Below, in pieces: positions 26,880 to 40,543 of a stretch of 64,000 nucleotides of DNA. Each line of letters opens with the position of its first letter. The stretch's first letter is position 1. The notes beneath the pieces were generated by a model. It was given only the letters and a program-made list of their open reading frames with translations. It did not search any database and had not been told where the DNA came from. The stretch is from Octopus vulgaris. Taxonomy: Eukaryota. The position numbers and the translations under genes are program-made. The stretch lies in the NCBI GenBank assembly GCA_951406725.2, contig OX597816.1, positions 68,076,001 through 68,140,000 on the forward strand, written 5' to 3'.

Positions 26880-27672
26880 CTTTTCTACTCTAGGCACAAG
26901 ACTCGAAATTTTGGAAGAGGTGGGGGAGTCGATTAGAACGACCCAGTACGCAACTGGTACTTAATTTTTCGACCTCGAAAGGATGAAAGGCAAAGTCGAC
27001 CTCGGAGGAATTTGAAACCAGAACGTAAAGACAGACGAAATACCTATTTCTTTACTACCCACAAGGGGACAAACAAGGACAGACAAACAGATTAAGTCGA
27101 TTATATCGACCCCAGTGCGTAACTGGTACTTAATTTATCGACTCCGAAAGGATGAAAGGCAAAGTCGACTTCGGCAGAATTTGAACTCCGAACGTAACGG
27201 CAGACGAAATACCTATTTCTTTACTACCCACAAGGGGCTAAACACAGAGGGGACAAATAAGGATAGACAAACGGATTAAGTCGATTCCATCGACCCCAGT
27301 GCATAACTGGTACTTAATTTATCGACCCCGAAAGGATGAAAGGCAAAGTCAACCTCGGCGGAATTTGAACTCAGAACGCAACGGCGGACGAAATACCGCT
27401 AAGCATTTCGCCCGTCGTGCTAACGTTTCTGCCAGCTTGCCGCCATTTTAAAAGAAAATATTTTCTCCTCTACGCACAAGGCCCGCAATTTTTGGGGAGG
27501 AGGCTAATCGATTAAATCGACCCCAGTATGCAGCTGGTACTTAATTTATCGACCCCAAAAGGATGAAAGGCTTAGTCGACCTCGGCGGAAATTCAACCCA
27601 GAACGTAGCGGCAGACGAAATACGGCTACGCATTTCGCCTGGTGTGCTAACGTTTCTGTCAGCTCACCCCTT
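26880..27672 (-). mobile_element. SINE family A: three-unit concatemer (26880-27445) plus a monomer (27465-27672)
   Basis: Repeated cores and two heads (...tgctaacgtttctgccagct). Confidence 0.85.
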
Positions 27673-28255
27673 AAATAAAAGTTATATTGTCCATCTTACC
27701 GGTATCTTGCTTTCCGTTTTTGCATATCTTGTGAACGATCTGGAAGTTTGCGAAAGTCCATTTTCAGGTCATGTTTTAAACAATCTGGAACTAAAACACA
27801 AAAACAAAACAAACAAAATTCTTTGAGATTCTTATTTATCTTAATAAGCACATATAACATAGACATATAACAAGCACACATAGCATACATAACTAAATGA
27901 AACCCTAGCAGTTTTAACGATGACTATTTCAGTAACTGCCTCAAATGAACTGCCTACTCACTGAATTACAGTGTGAAACTGGCTGTGTATTCAACAGACA
28001 AGAGCAATCCTAATTTATTCCAAGATCGAAACAGTGAAACAGATGATGTCAAAAGGATGTGCATTCTACCCAATGGGCTTCTGCACATTTTCCGTATTCC
28101 TAGCTTAACTGTCAAGGCTTAAGTTGATCAAATATGTATTTACTCGGATAACACTTTTCGAGATTTATTGTTAACAGATACATACGTAAATAAGAAAAAT
28201 TCTTTAAGGATAGCTGTATTTAATATTATACATTTTGAAAGGAAATATTCATTCA

Positions 28256-28297
<42 letters not shown>

Positions 28298-28299
<2 letters not shown>

Positions 28300-28717
28300 C
28301 GCAGGAGTGGATGTGTGGTAAGTAGCTTGCTTACCAACCACATAGTTCCGGGTTCAGTCCCACTGCGTGGCGCCTTGGGCAAGTGTCTTCTACTATAGCC
28401 TCGGACCGACCAAAGCCTTGTGAGTGGTTTTGTAGACGGAAACTGAAAGAAGCCCGTCGTATATAGGTGTATATATATGTATGTGTGTGTGTGTGTGTAT
28501 GTTTGTGTGTCTCTGTTTGTCCCCCCCCAACATCGCTTGGCAACCGAAGCTGGTGTGTGTACGTCCCTGTAAATTAGCGGTTCGGCAAAAGAGACCGGTA
28601 GAATAAGTACTAGGTTTACAAAGAATAAATCCTGGGATCGATTTGCTCGACTAAAGGCGGTGCTCCAGCATGGCCACAGTCAAATGACTGAAACACGTAA
28701 AAGAGTAAAAAGAGAGT
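28298..28717 (+). mobile_element. SINE family B, full length
   Basis: Full family B copy directly after (TA)n. Confidence 0.9.
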
Positions 28718-29425
28718 ATATATTTATAAATTCTTTTATTTGTTTCAGTCCTTTGGTCATCATAGGTAGAATCGAAAGTTGCATGAGAAGAAGGAAGAAT
28801 TTTTAGTCACTTGCAGCTGTTTTAAAAATAGATGCGTTGGTGCAAGTCCCTGCAAACAGTCTGCAACCAGCATTATAGTGGCAGTCTCTTCTATCCTCAG
28901 AGGGAAAGTGTTCTATAATACACACACACACGTTCTTGTTTCAGTCATTGGACTGCAGCCATCTTAAGACGTCTCCTTGAAATTTCTAGTTGTACAAATT
29001 GACTACATTTATTTGATTGGCGTATATTCAACCAAACCCTTGCCGATAAGTAAAGGGGACGTAAACATAATAGCACCAGTTGTCAAACGCTGCCGGACCC
29101 AGCAGTGAAAACACAACCTTAGGATCACACTCATACATACACGCGCGCGCACGCGCGTACACACACACACACACACACACACACTTACACGTAGGCGCAC
29201 AAAAACACTATCAATCTATCTATCTGTCTGTCTGTCTGACTCATATTGTCATTCAGTGCTCGAAGTGGGGAGTAGATAGACAGTCGACAACTGACGAAGG
29301 GTCATTCTTTACGTTACTTGTCCTGTATTCCATTTGTATCTTTCGTTGTTTGCGTATTGAACTCATTTGTTTTTGTATTATTTCATGTTGCTTATTGTTT
29401 GGTGATGTCCTGTACCCATATATGC

Positions 29426-29478
<53 letters not shown>

Positions 29479-29551
29479 TGCATGTATATATATATTATTT
29501 ATATTATTATTTGGTTGAACGCCACGCATCCATTTCCAAGTAAGTTTATCT

Positions 29552-29626
<75 letters not shown>

Positions 29627-30652
29627 CCTACCTACCTACCTACCTACCTACGTATCTGTCTGTCTGTCTATTTTTGTACGTATGTAAGGAAAATACCACA
29701 AACGTTAGACAAGAGAATAAACAATTGAAAAGAATTCAATGATTTTTTAATAGCAGACTGTGTAAGTACTTATTCAAAATTGTCTTACAAGATGAAGTAC
29801 ATGCTCGTCTATCAAATTATTTCACCAGATAATGTGAAAATGCTTAAAGATCCAGTAAAAAATATATATATTCAAACGTAATAAAAGAAATCCTAAACAG
29901 ATAATTTGATAAAATGAAAAACAACCCACAAATAAATGCAGCAAAACAACAGATATTAAGAAGGTGAGGTGTAGAACATATTTCGAAGAAAAAAGAAAAT
30001 AATGATAATATGTGAAGTTATAGAAGGTCAATATAAATGACAGTTACTAGAAATGGTCAAATAGTGAAAAATGAAGCACAACGGGTGGAGGGGGAAAATA
30101 TCTTAAGGAAATAGGAAATAATATAAAATAGATATATTTATGAGTGATTCTTGTTGATACTTACACACATAAACAGACACATATATATGCATATATACAT
30201 ACATAAACACATACATACGTACATGCATATATATAGTATATGATTATAATATACGCATATACACACACACACGCACGCACACGCACATACACATACGTAT
30301 GTATGTATGTATGTATGTATGTATGTATGTATGTATGTATGTATGTACGTGGTTGCACATCCATGAACCTAATAATATACACGAATATAAGTATACCCAG
30401 AGGTATTTTTATTGTGACACTCAAAGCTCAATAATTTCTATGTATGTACGTTGTATATATATATATATATATATACATGCATACATTCACATACACATAC
30501 ACACACACACACATGCACATTGATTCGCATACATAATATATGTAAGACTGTATATATATATATATATATATATATAATAATTATTTGAGAGAATATTATT
30601 CCTAACTTACAAGGAAAAATTCAATTTAGAAATACTAAATCAAATTTCACAA

Positions 30653-30737
<85 letters not shown>

Positions 30738-31004
30738 TTAGAAAAAAAAACACCTTTTATCAATTCAAAACGAACAATTAAATTACACCATCTGGAAAAT
30801 TACATATAATAGAAATATTAAAATTAAAATCACATTAATATACCGAAGATTAAGTAAATTGCAAAAAAATAATAAAAACGTATATATTTGGTAGAATAAG
30901 GTGTTTTTCTAATTTATATATATATATATATATGAATGTATGTCTACACGCGGACACACAAATTCATATGTATACATATATGCATACATATATATACACA
31001 CATT

Positions 31005-31048
<44 letters not shown>

Positions 31049-31391
31049 ATCAAGAAAACAAATTATACAGGGTAGAGCACTATGATAGATAGATAACCGT
31101 GTAAAATAGAAAGAAGGAAAGCTCTGAAATAGACCCAAATTAATTTTGTAGAAGAGAGTAATTATGAATAAAAATTTTTTTGTAAATAAGTAACTAGGTC
31201 CTAGATGCCAGACATATGTTTACATATATATACATATTGATATGTATATATATATATAGATATATGTTTATATATATCAGTATGTATTTACATATACATA
31301 ATTACATGCACACACACGCGCGCGCGCACATACACACATATATACAAAAGTACCTCGGCTTTCGAACATCTCTGATCACGAATAAATCGTG

Positions 31392-31449
<58 letters not shown>

Positions 31450-31748
31450 ATAGTCACTCAGATGAGCACACACATACACTAGCACGCACTTCTTTCTCTC
31501 TTTCATTCTTCCTTCCTTCCTTCCTTCCTTTCTTTCTTTACTTTGATAAAACGTACACCAGAAGCTTCAGTCTGCTTCTTTCCCTCTTTTTATCATCTTT
31601 TTTTCCTTTTGTGTGTTTACATATTGTGTATCACATTGTGAATATCTGTCAACCTGTTGTAACCTCTAAAATTGTCCTAATATCCGTCCGTCTATTATTC
31701 AGCTCGTTCCACTTGTGCTGTTTTACCCTTCGCACTCACACACAGACG

Positions 31749-31780
<32 letters not shown>

Positions 31781-31960
31781 GACACACACAGACACACACA
31801 CACACACACACACACAAACAAATACATGCAAACATACATACACACATACACATACACGCACACATATATATACGTACACACACGCAAATACACCCACAGA
31901 CACCCACACCCATATATATACATATATAATGTGTCTGTGTGCATATATGTATATATGTTC

Positions 31961-32011
<51 letters not shown>

Positions 32012-32034
32012 TCGATATATATTCATATTTAGAC

Positions 32035-32693
32035 GACGCTCTTGGCGTGTGTATGGCGTTCAAGTCTCACTTCCATACAGTAGAGTGCTAAGTACACATG
32101 CCTGGAAAATCTTCATTTTTGTGGCCTTGGTCAGCTTATTGTTGTCCCATGCCCGTTTGGAGAGTTGGGCCATCACAGCAGCTGCCTTGCCAATGCATAT
32201 ATTGAGCTCGGCATCAAGGGATAGATTGTAGGTGACGGTAGAGCCAAGATAGGTAAACTTCCTGTAGTCTGTGGTCTCCAATATGTATGTTTGAGATGTC
32301 CGATGTAGCCTGACCCATGATGTTGGTCTTCTTGAGGTTGGTAAATAAACCAAATTCGCATGAAAATCCTTGGCATCAAATGGCAGAATCATGTTCCCAA
32401 TAAAGATATCCTCAAGCAAGCAGGAATACCAAGCTTGTTTGCACTCCTCACACAAAGACGTATGAGATGGCTTGGCATGTTAGCCGTATGGAAGATGGCA
32501 GAATCCCCAAGGACATACTCTATGGAGAGCTTGCTAGGGGCAATAGGTCTGTGGGAAGACCGTTCTTACGATACAAGGATGTTTGCAGAAGGGACATGAA
32601 GGCTTGCGACATCAATATTAGCAACTGGAAAGCAGTTGCCAGCAACCGTGGAAATTGGCGACGTACCGTAAAAGAGGGAGCACAAAGGAGTGA

Positions 32694-32763
<70 letters not shown>

Positions 32764-32993
32764 AAACGGAAAGACAAGAAAAGACGTCAACAAGAAACTA
32801 TGACATTACAACCAACCAGCCAGGCAAAGTCTTCGCTACATTTGCGGCACCTGCCAGAGGGAGTGTTTGTCCAGGATAGGACTACACAGCCATAGCAGGA
32901 GATGTATTAGGACATGAAATGTAAAAACCAGACTAGATTACTTTATGCGCAACTCCATTGTCTCCCGAGACAAAAAGGATGCCAACAACAACA
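32035..32993 (+). mobile_element. RTE-clade LINE, 5'-truncated with a 5' inversion
   Basis: Plus arm: KILGIKWQ...RMRW.GHVSRMEDGRIPKDILYGEL..G.RSVGRPFLRYKDVC, a C-terminal SRIGLHSH-like region and a (CAA)n tail. Minus arm 32035-32340: FTYLGS...CIGKAAAV...VLSTLLYGSET. Degenerate 18-bp TSD. Confidence 0.9.
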
Positions 32994-33016
32994 ATATATT
33001 CAGATATACACATATA

Positions 33017-33078
<62 letters not shown>

Positions 33079-33098
33079 TTCATTATATATATATATAT

Positions 33099-33160
<62 letters not shown>

Positions 33161-33202
33161 CATATCTGTAAATGTAATATGTGACAATTATTCGGTAGCC
33201 AT

Positions 33203-33263
33203 GATAAAACTCCGCGTTTCGAATGTCGGGGCGGAAACCCACGCCGCTATCTCTTCAGTTATC
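33203..33263 (-). ncRNA. Type I hammerhead-like motif
   Basis: Minus strand: gataa-CTGAAGA-ga...tc-GAAAC-gcgga-GTT-ttatc. 5-bp stem I, imperfect GC-rich stem II, GUU triplet. Confidence 0.45.
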
Positions 33264-33432
33264 CGGCCATCGGAAACTTACATTCTTTTGTTGTCTCTTT
33301 CATTCTTTCATTCTCTTTCATTCTCATTCTTTTGTTGTCTTACCCTTTCTATCAATATATATATATATATATATATATATACATGAAAAAACAAGTCAAA
33401 ATAGAAAATGCTAAAATAATTTTATAAAGAAC

Positions 33433-33478
33433 ATTTCAGTACCGGTTTCGGTCATTTTGAGACCTTTTCAACTGTAAC
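33433..33478 (-). ncRNA. Hammerhead ribozyme motif, U3-A8 variant
   Basis: Same motif as 5075-5120, in a dispersed copy (33383-33605) of the same repeat, flanked by (TA)n. Confidence 0.58.
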
Positions 33479-33612
33479 GATTAAATAATTAAATTTAGAA
33501 AAATTAAAAGAAAAGTTTTTTTAAAGGAATATTTGTATAGTGTTCAAATATAAGTGGCATTCTGCCTTTCTCTGTCTCCCTTGTTTGCACTTGTGTGTTC
33601 GAGGCCGTATAA

Positions 33613-33664
<52 letters not shown>

Positions 33665-33671
33665 GTGTGTG

Positions 33672-33945
33672 TCCAGCGTCACTCGGCCTCATCACTGATT
33701 TCTCATGACACACGCCTGCTTGAAGAAATTCACATTTTGTCGCTTTATATCGAGACCGAACTGGCTTATTTTTACTATGTCTTTCTCCATTTCTAAATTA
33801 AGGGTAAAAATAAAGAAACCCTGCAAAACACAACTGATTTTACACAGACGCACAGAATAACAGTAATCAAATAACGACACCAAATACACGTTCACCTTCC
33901 TAAATTTATATTCGGGCTGAGCCCGAGCGGCCCGAGTGCCGGAGT
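33672..33945 (+). mobile_element. TA-embedded repeat with short sub-terminal inverted repeats and a 3' hairpin (HINE-like); second copy at 63620-63956
   Basis: 5' cactcggcc / 3' gcccgagtg and hairpin tcgggct.agcccga; both copies share tactatgtctttctccatttctaa. Confidence 0.55.
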
Positions 33946-34126
33946 CGCAAAATCTACTCACAAGGCTTTGGTCGGCTCGAGGCTATAGTAAAAGACACTT
34001 GCTCAAGGTGACACGTAGAAGGACTGAACCCGGAAGCATGTGATCGGGAAGCAAGCTACTTACCACACAGTCATGCCTGCGCCTATATATGCATATAAAA
34101 TTTTTTATATAAATGTATATATATGC

Positions 34127-34157
<31 letters not shown>

Positions 34158-34896
34158 TGTATGTATGTATGTATGTATGTATGTATGTATGTATGTATGT
34201 ATGTATCTATCTATCTATCTATCTATCTATTTAACTGTCTGTTTGTCTGTGTATCTACCTGTTTGTATGAATGCGTGTATTATTTTGTTAAAGTAATTAC
34301 CTCTCATTCTTTCACTGTGCCTCGATGTTATTGTTACCTCTACAAACTCGCATGTGTCAAAGAAAACAAAAGAAAAAGAAACAAAAGAAAAAGGCAACAC
34401 CTCTCTAAAACAAAGCAAAACAAAGCAAAAATAACGTGTAAATTCCTCTTCGACTTTCGTTTGTTCCCATTAAAGTGAGACACGTGCAGTCAGGTTCTGA
34501 GGGTCACGTTTATATGGGTTCCCTTCTCGCTATTTGACACTCCCGTAACGGTTCATTTAGTGTCCATTTATAATCATCACGTCACACTCTGTGTATTTGA
34601 AACACCGGATCTTTTGTCGCTGATTCATCCTTTGTATGTGTGTGTGTGTATGTACGCGTGTGTGTGCGTGCCAATGTGCCTGTGTGTATGCGTGCACGTG
34701 TTTATATGTGCCTGTGCGTGTGTTTGTGTGACAGTGTGGTTAAGTGGCTCGTTTTGTAGCCAAGGGTGTTCGAGTTCATACCACTGCTCGATACTTTGGG
34801 CAAGTGTCATCTACAGTACTCTGAGCCAACTCATGCCTTGTGGTAGACGGAAACTGTGTGTACTCTGAGTCAATATTTCAACCACTCAATCAATCA

Positions 34897-34958
<62 letters not shown>

Positions 34959-34987
34959 ATCTCTCTCTATCTATCTCTCTCTCTCTA

Positions 34988-35022
<35 letters not shown>

Positions 35023-35037
35023 ATCCATCCATCCATC

Positions 35038-35081
<44 letters not shown>

Positions 35082-35085
35082 ATCC

Positions 35086-35180
<95 letters not shown>

Positions 35181-35199
35181 AAGAAAATGAGATGACAAA

Positions 35200-35525
35200 A
35201 GAATAAACGATCGTCTTATGAACTTCATTAACTTACACCTATTTTTGCTATAAGATGCACTGGACACAGTTGAGTAACACTTTATAGCTTCATCGAAACC
35301 TCGAATATATATACTGGAGCTTCTTGCGCGAATACCAAGCCGTACGACATGTCGTTTCCAAATCTCTGGCAGAGTGAATTGCGTCATGGTGCTGTTTTCC
35401 TCACAGTCGGTGCCCAACTGACTCTACTATACTGTGTAGTCGACAGAATAATAAAAAAAAAACAATGCACATGCGCGAATTTTAAAAATATCAAATGACG
35501 ACAGTTTATCCATCGCACCTTGTGT
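35200..35525 (-). mobile_element. Probable 5' fragment of a Tc1/mariner element
   Basis: Minus strand starts tacacaaggtgcgatggataaactg (TIR-like), followed by a short [13 protein letters not shown]... frame. Confidence 0.4.
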
Positions 35526-35676
35526 ATATTTTTTCTGTATACATACATACATACATGCGGACATACATGCATCCATCCATCCATCCATCCATCCATCCAT
35601 CCATCCATCCATCCATCCATCCATACATACATACATACATACATACATACATACACACATACATACACATACATAT

Positions 35677-35734
<58 letters not shown>

Positions 35735-35949
35735 TATTTATTTATGAGAATTCATTTGATTTAATGTACAGCAACCCGTAGGACGCCAGAAATGACCCGC
35801 GTGGCTTAGTGACTAGTGTACTCGGCTCACAATCGTAAGATCGTGAGTTCAATTTCCGGTGACGCACCAGGTTGATCACATAACGAGAAAATCTGACATA
35901 GTTTGAGGCAGATCCAGTTGGTTTCCTCGAACGTTTCCTCAACTACGTT

Positions 35950-36550
35950 GAGTGTTGGCTTCATCGCTTTGAACCAGAGGCAACGAGAAATACATGCAGT
36001 GGAAACACCATTCCTCACCTGCTCCAAAAAAAAAAAAAAGGCCAAGGCTGTTTCAGCTGGAAGGAAGGTGATGGTCTCAGTCTTTTGGGATGCAAAACAC
36101 ATTGTATTTATTGACTATCTTCAAAAGGGCTACACCATCAATGGAAAGTACTATGCCAACTTGCTGAGGCAGTTATAAAAGACTGTCAAAACCAAACGCT
36201 AAGGGAAACTGAAGAAAGGGATCTTGTTCCATGAGAACTATGATCCAGCACACAAGTCTTTGGCTGCCACGTCTTCTGTGCGTGACTGTATCTTTGTACT
36301 GGTTGATCAACCTCCCTGTTCTGATTTGGCACCATGTAACTATCATATGTTCCCCAACATAAAAGGACACTTGGCTGGGAGTCAGTGTCGCATTGATAAT
36401 GACGTCATATACGCTGGTGATATATCCACAAGTGTGAGTCATATCCATAAGTGTGTGGTGCGCAAAGGGAACTATTTTAGAAAATAAGCCTAATTGGTCA
36501 CGTTCCATGAGTGTATCTTGGGCAGCTATGAACTATTCAGCCGATCCTCT
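35950..36550 (+). mobile_element. Mariner transposase 3' fragment
   Basis: SAGRKVMVSVFWDAKHIVFIDYLQKGYTINGKYYANLL, HEN..PAHKS and PCSDLAPCNYHMFP. A related 3' end lies at 11715-11830. Confidence 0.85.
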
Positions 36551-37149
36551 CGCGCGCGTGTGTGTGTGTATGTGTGCGTGTTTCTGTCTTCATCATTAAT
36601 AGAGCTACCACAAGACCAATACATAGTTAGACATTCATTCATAGTAGTTGTGTGCCAAACGTATATTCCTTTTATGACTTTCTAATGAAGAAAAATCTCG
36701 GACGTTCGACCTGCTAGGAAATAAAAGCCAGATGTTCCTTCCATAAACATCCTACCCACTTAAAATGGAAGGCCACATTGACAAATGTAGTCCGCGATAA
36801 AAAAATGGAATTGTCACGTCTGGAACGTCTTTGAAACTAAGTCTAAACGCTAACCTGCCAGCCCGAAAAATCACTCCAGCAAACAGTCCATCAACTCCAA
36901 CGTCCTTCATCAACATCCCACCAATCAATACCACCACTCCAATAGTACTACCACTCCAATAACCCCCCACCACCCTACAACTTCCCACACTATCGACGCC
37001 GCCGCCGCTGCCGCCACCACCACCACCACCATCAACAACAACAACAACATTAACTATGGCAGCAACTCAGTTATGTGGGAAATTCTTTGGTGTTAGACAG
37101 ATGGGAAATAATATCGGACCTGGTGACTCTTCGGTGAATAGAATCTCAC

Positions 37150-37389
37150 CTGTTCCACGTAGCCCATTGTGGAACCTGCTGCGTGTAGTATAATTCCACA
37201 GAATATTATTAAACGGATCATTGACGTTGTAGGGCATTTCCTCCTTCCCGCGCTTTGTAGTTTCGAAGTGGGAATCAGTCAGCGCTGTCCAATGCCACTC
37301 TTTAGACTTGGAGGACTGACTACAGTGGTTCTGTGAGTGGAGGAGGCTTTGGTCACAGAAAACTTTAGGCTTTATACCGGAGTGGCCTT
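37150..37389 (-). CDS. Putative upstream exon of the homeobox gene (alternative acceptor at 37573)
   Basis: A unique, GC-richer island with a strong donor CAG|GTGAGA at 37150 and candidate acceptors ttaacAG (exon start 37389) or ttgttAG (37573). One frame is open: EGHSGIKPKVFCDQ...EEMPYNVNDPFNNILWNYTTRSRFHNGLRGT(G). No recognisable homology. Confidence 0.45.
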
Positions 37390-38136
37390 CTGTTAAGTGA
37401 ATTGCTTTACAGAGCTAGAGAGCTCCATCAACCAAAGAGGCCGCCGGGGTAACTCCTTAGATGGGATAAGGAACTGGTTGGTATTGATTTGTGCCAGCAG
37501 TGTGTAAAGAGATTTTGAAAAGAGCCATCTTGGAATATAGTACTTTTGTTCTGTCGTATTTTTCACGCCATCTCTAACAAACAAACAAAATTGCCAAAAT
37601 GGTTTGTGATGAAATTAATTAAACGAATAAGCAAATAATTGTAATATTAGAACATGCTGCCTTAGTCCATCATTAGCATTCAAATCTAACTGTATTTATA
37701 ATACAATTATCAGACGAGGGCGTTGACTGTACATCAAGAAGCTAACCACTGTCTAATTTCATATAGTTAATGAGGAAATTAACGCCATCAAACAAATAGT
37801 TAGTAATTACTTCTAATTTCTGTTCATTAATAATCATTGGAATGTTTTAAAGAGTTATTTCGTTTTTGTAAAGCTGCAGATGTGAATAAATGCAGTTATA
37901 TAACTAGTCATACAAGACTGGATTGTGACACTATGTCAATATGTACTTTACTTCAGAGCGGAGACAAAAGAATGTGATGTGTACGGCAAACATGCTTTCT
38001 TCGCAACAGCATCAATAATACTACTTCTACTTTCAAATAGTTTCAACTGGGAGCCAGATCCAGAGATGCAAACCCAGTTCTTCCGATACCTCTTTTACTC
38101 TTTTACTCTTTTACTTGTTTCAGTCAGAGTAAAAGA

Positions 38137-38196
<60 letters not shown>

Positions 38197-38304
38197 GTAT
38201 ATCTTACCCTTTCCCTCTCTATCTGTCTATCTCTTTCTCTCTCTTTCTATCTCTTTCTCTGTTTCTCTGCCTGTCTGTCTCCGTACACACACGCGCACAC
38301 ACAC

Positions 38305-38380
<76 letters not shown>

Positions 38381-38694
38381 AATATTATCAACGATCAGTT
38401 GAGTGAGAAAGAGATTGGTGGCATAAGGCAGGAATTTTGAAATTTTCACATATAGAAAGGGCTTGTGCATTCGTGACCTTCAACCTATATATTCGAAAAA
38501 TGGAGAAATATTCTGATGAAATAAGATCAGATCTGTCTTCATGATGGGATCCGGAAGTAGCAACGTTGGTGTTATTGCTTTAAAAACTAACATTTCAATA
38601 GGAGTGTTACAAATGGTATCGTCTCTGACTAGTGGTTCATTTAAGTTTTTAAAAATTGAAGTCAAATCTCTCTCAGGTCACATTCTTTCGTCTT

Positions 38695-38748
<54 letters not shown>

Positions 38749-38874
38749 CATACATGCATGCATACATACCTACATAATTAATATAAAAAATGAAGAAAAA
38801 ACAAGAAATTACAACGTGAGGACGTGGTACATGCAAAATATTAAAAGACGCTCAAGGAAGGAAAGAAAGGCCAT

Positions 38875-38911
<37 letters not shown>

Positions 38912-39063
38912 CATATATATAGGCGTAGAAGTGGCTGTGTGGTAAGTGGCTTGCTTACGAACCACATAGTTCCGGGTTCAGTCACTTGGACAAGTGTCTT
39001 CTACTATAGCCTCGGGCCGACCAAAGACTTGTGAGTGGATTTGGTAGATGGAAGCCCGTCGTA

Positions 39064-39204
<141 letters not shown>

Positions 39205-39419
39205 CGCAATGGCCTAGTGGTTAGCGCGGACTCGGGTCGCAGGATCGCGGTTTCGATTCTCAGACCGCGTTGTGTGTGTTTATTGAGCGAAAACACCTAA
39301 AAAGCTCTACGAGGCTCCGAAGGTGGTGATCCCTGCTGTACTCTTTCACCACAATGGCGGTGCCCCAGCATGGCCACAGCTCAAGAGCTGAAACTGGAAA
39401 AACAAACAAACAAACAATA

Positions 39420-39975
39420 TATATATAACAACAAGCAAGTTAGGGGTTCTGGAACCAATCCACTAAGGGATAATATTTATCCAATATGCTGTTGGTATAA
39501 TACCCAAATTATTAATACACAAGTGTTTTTAATTGCAATGCAGTTAACTTACTTATTGTATTAGATGGGTGAAGGTAAAGAAATATTTTACCATTAATTT
39601 ATAATGCAAATAAGAAAATGGAGAAACAATTTTGTTAGTTTATCAGCTTTAGGGTATTAGAAAGTTGACTTATTTATTTATTCAACAGAGCGAGAACCAT
39701 AATAACATACATATATACATTAAAATTCAATACATATAAGATAGGAATACAATTATAAAAACCTTAATATAAATTATTGGAATCATTAAAATCACTCTTA
39801 CAGCTGTTTCAGCCTATGGAAAAAAGTAGTTTTACAGTGCCTATAGTTGTCAATTATACTGAGGTTGTAGGCATTTAAAAATGGGGTACTTATATATAAC
39901 CATAGGCTTCGTCAGAGATTATAGAGAACTTTCAAAATATAAATACATACAGGATACACGTACAATTTAATTTAA
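39420..39975 (-). mobile_element. (TA)n-embedded repeat carrying a hammerhead; putative Penelope-like terminal repeat
   Basis: AT-rich block between TA tracts containing the 39790-39920 motif. Confidence 0.4.
39790..39920 (-). ncRNA. Type I hammerhead ribozyme, canonical core, long stem-II insert
   Basis: Minus strand: tct-CTGACGA-agcctatgg-(80 nt)-ccataggct-GAAAC-AGCT-GTA-aga. Perfect 9-bp stem II, palindromic minimal stem III (ACAGCTGT), GUA cleavage triplet. Confidence 0.75.
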
Positions 39976-40024
39976 TATATATATATAAACATATATCCAT
40001 ATGAACGTACACACACACACACAC

Positions 40025-40115
<91 letters not shown>

Positions 40116-40267
40116 ACATAAGCAAAGTATATACACCTTTACATGTGTATAAATACATAAATAAGCACAATTAAACAACAGGTCCAAGCAAATAGACAAT
40201 TCACCATATACATAAATACTGGAACATATACATACGTCCATGCTCATGACTACACAAGCAATATTTA

Positions 40268-40355
<88 letters not shown>

Positions 40356-40505
40356 TTATCAATAATAACAATTTTATTAGATTTAGAGTAGTCTTCACTT
40401 CACAGTACATATAGTAGATTCCAGTATATCGTATATTACGATACAATACAAACAATTCTTTTCGATAGATTTAATCTTATAAATTTTAAAACCACAGTCA
40501 ATATA

Positions 40506-40541
<36 letters not shown>

Positions 40542-40543
<2 letters not shown>

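Noticed and set aside
39445-39460. WFQN codons on the minus strand as the missing homeobox exon
   Set aside because: They read DWFQNP, lie upstream of the homeobox exon and fall inside a repeat.
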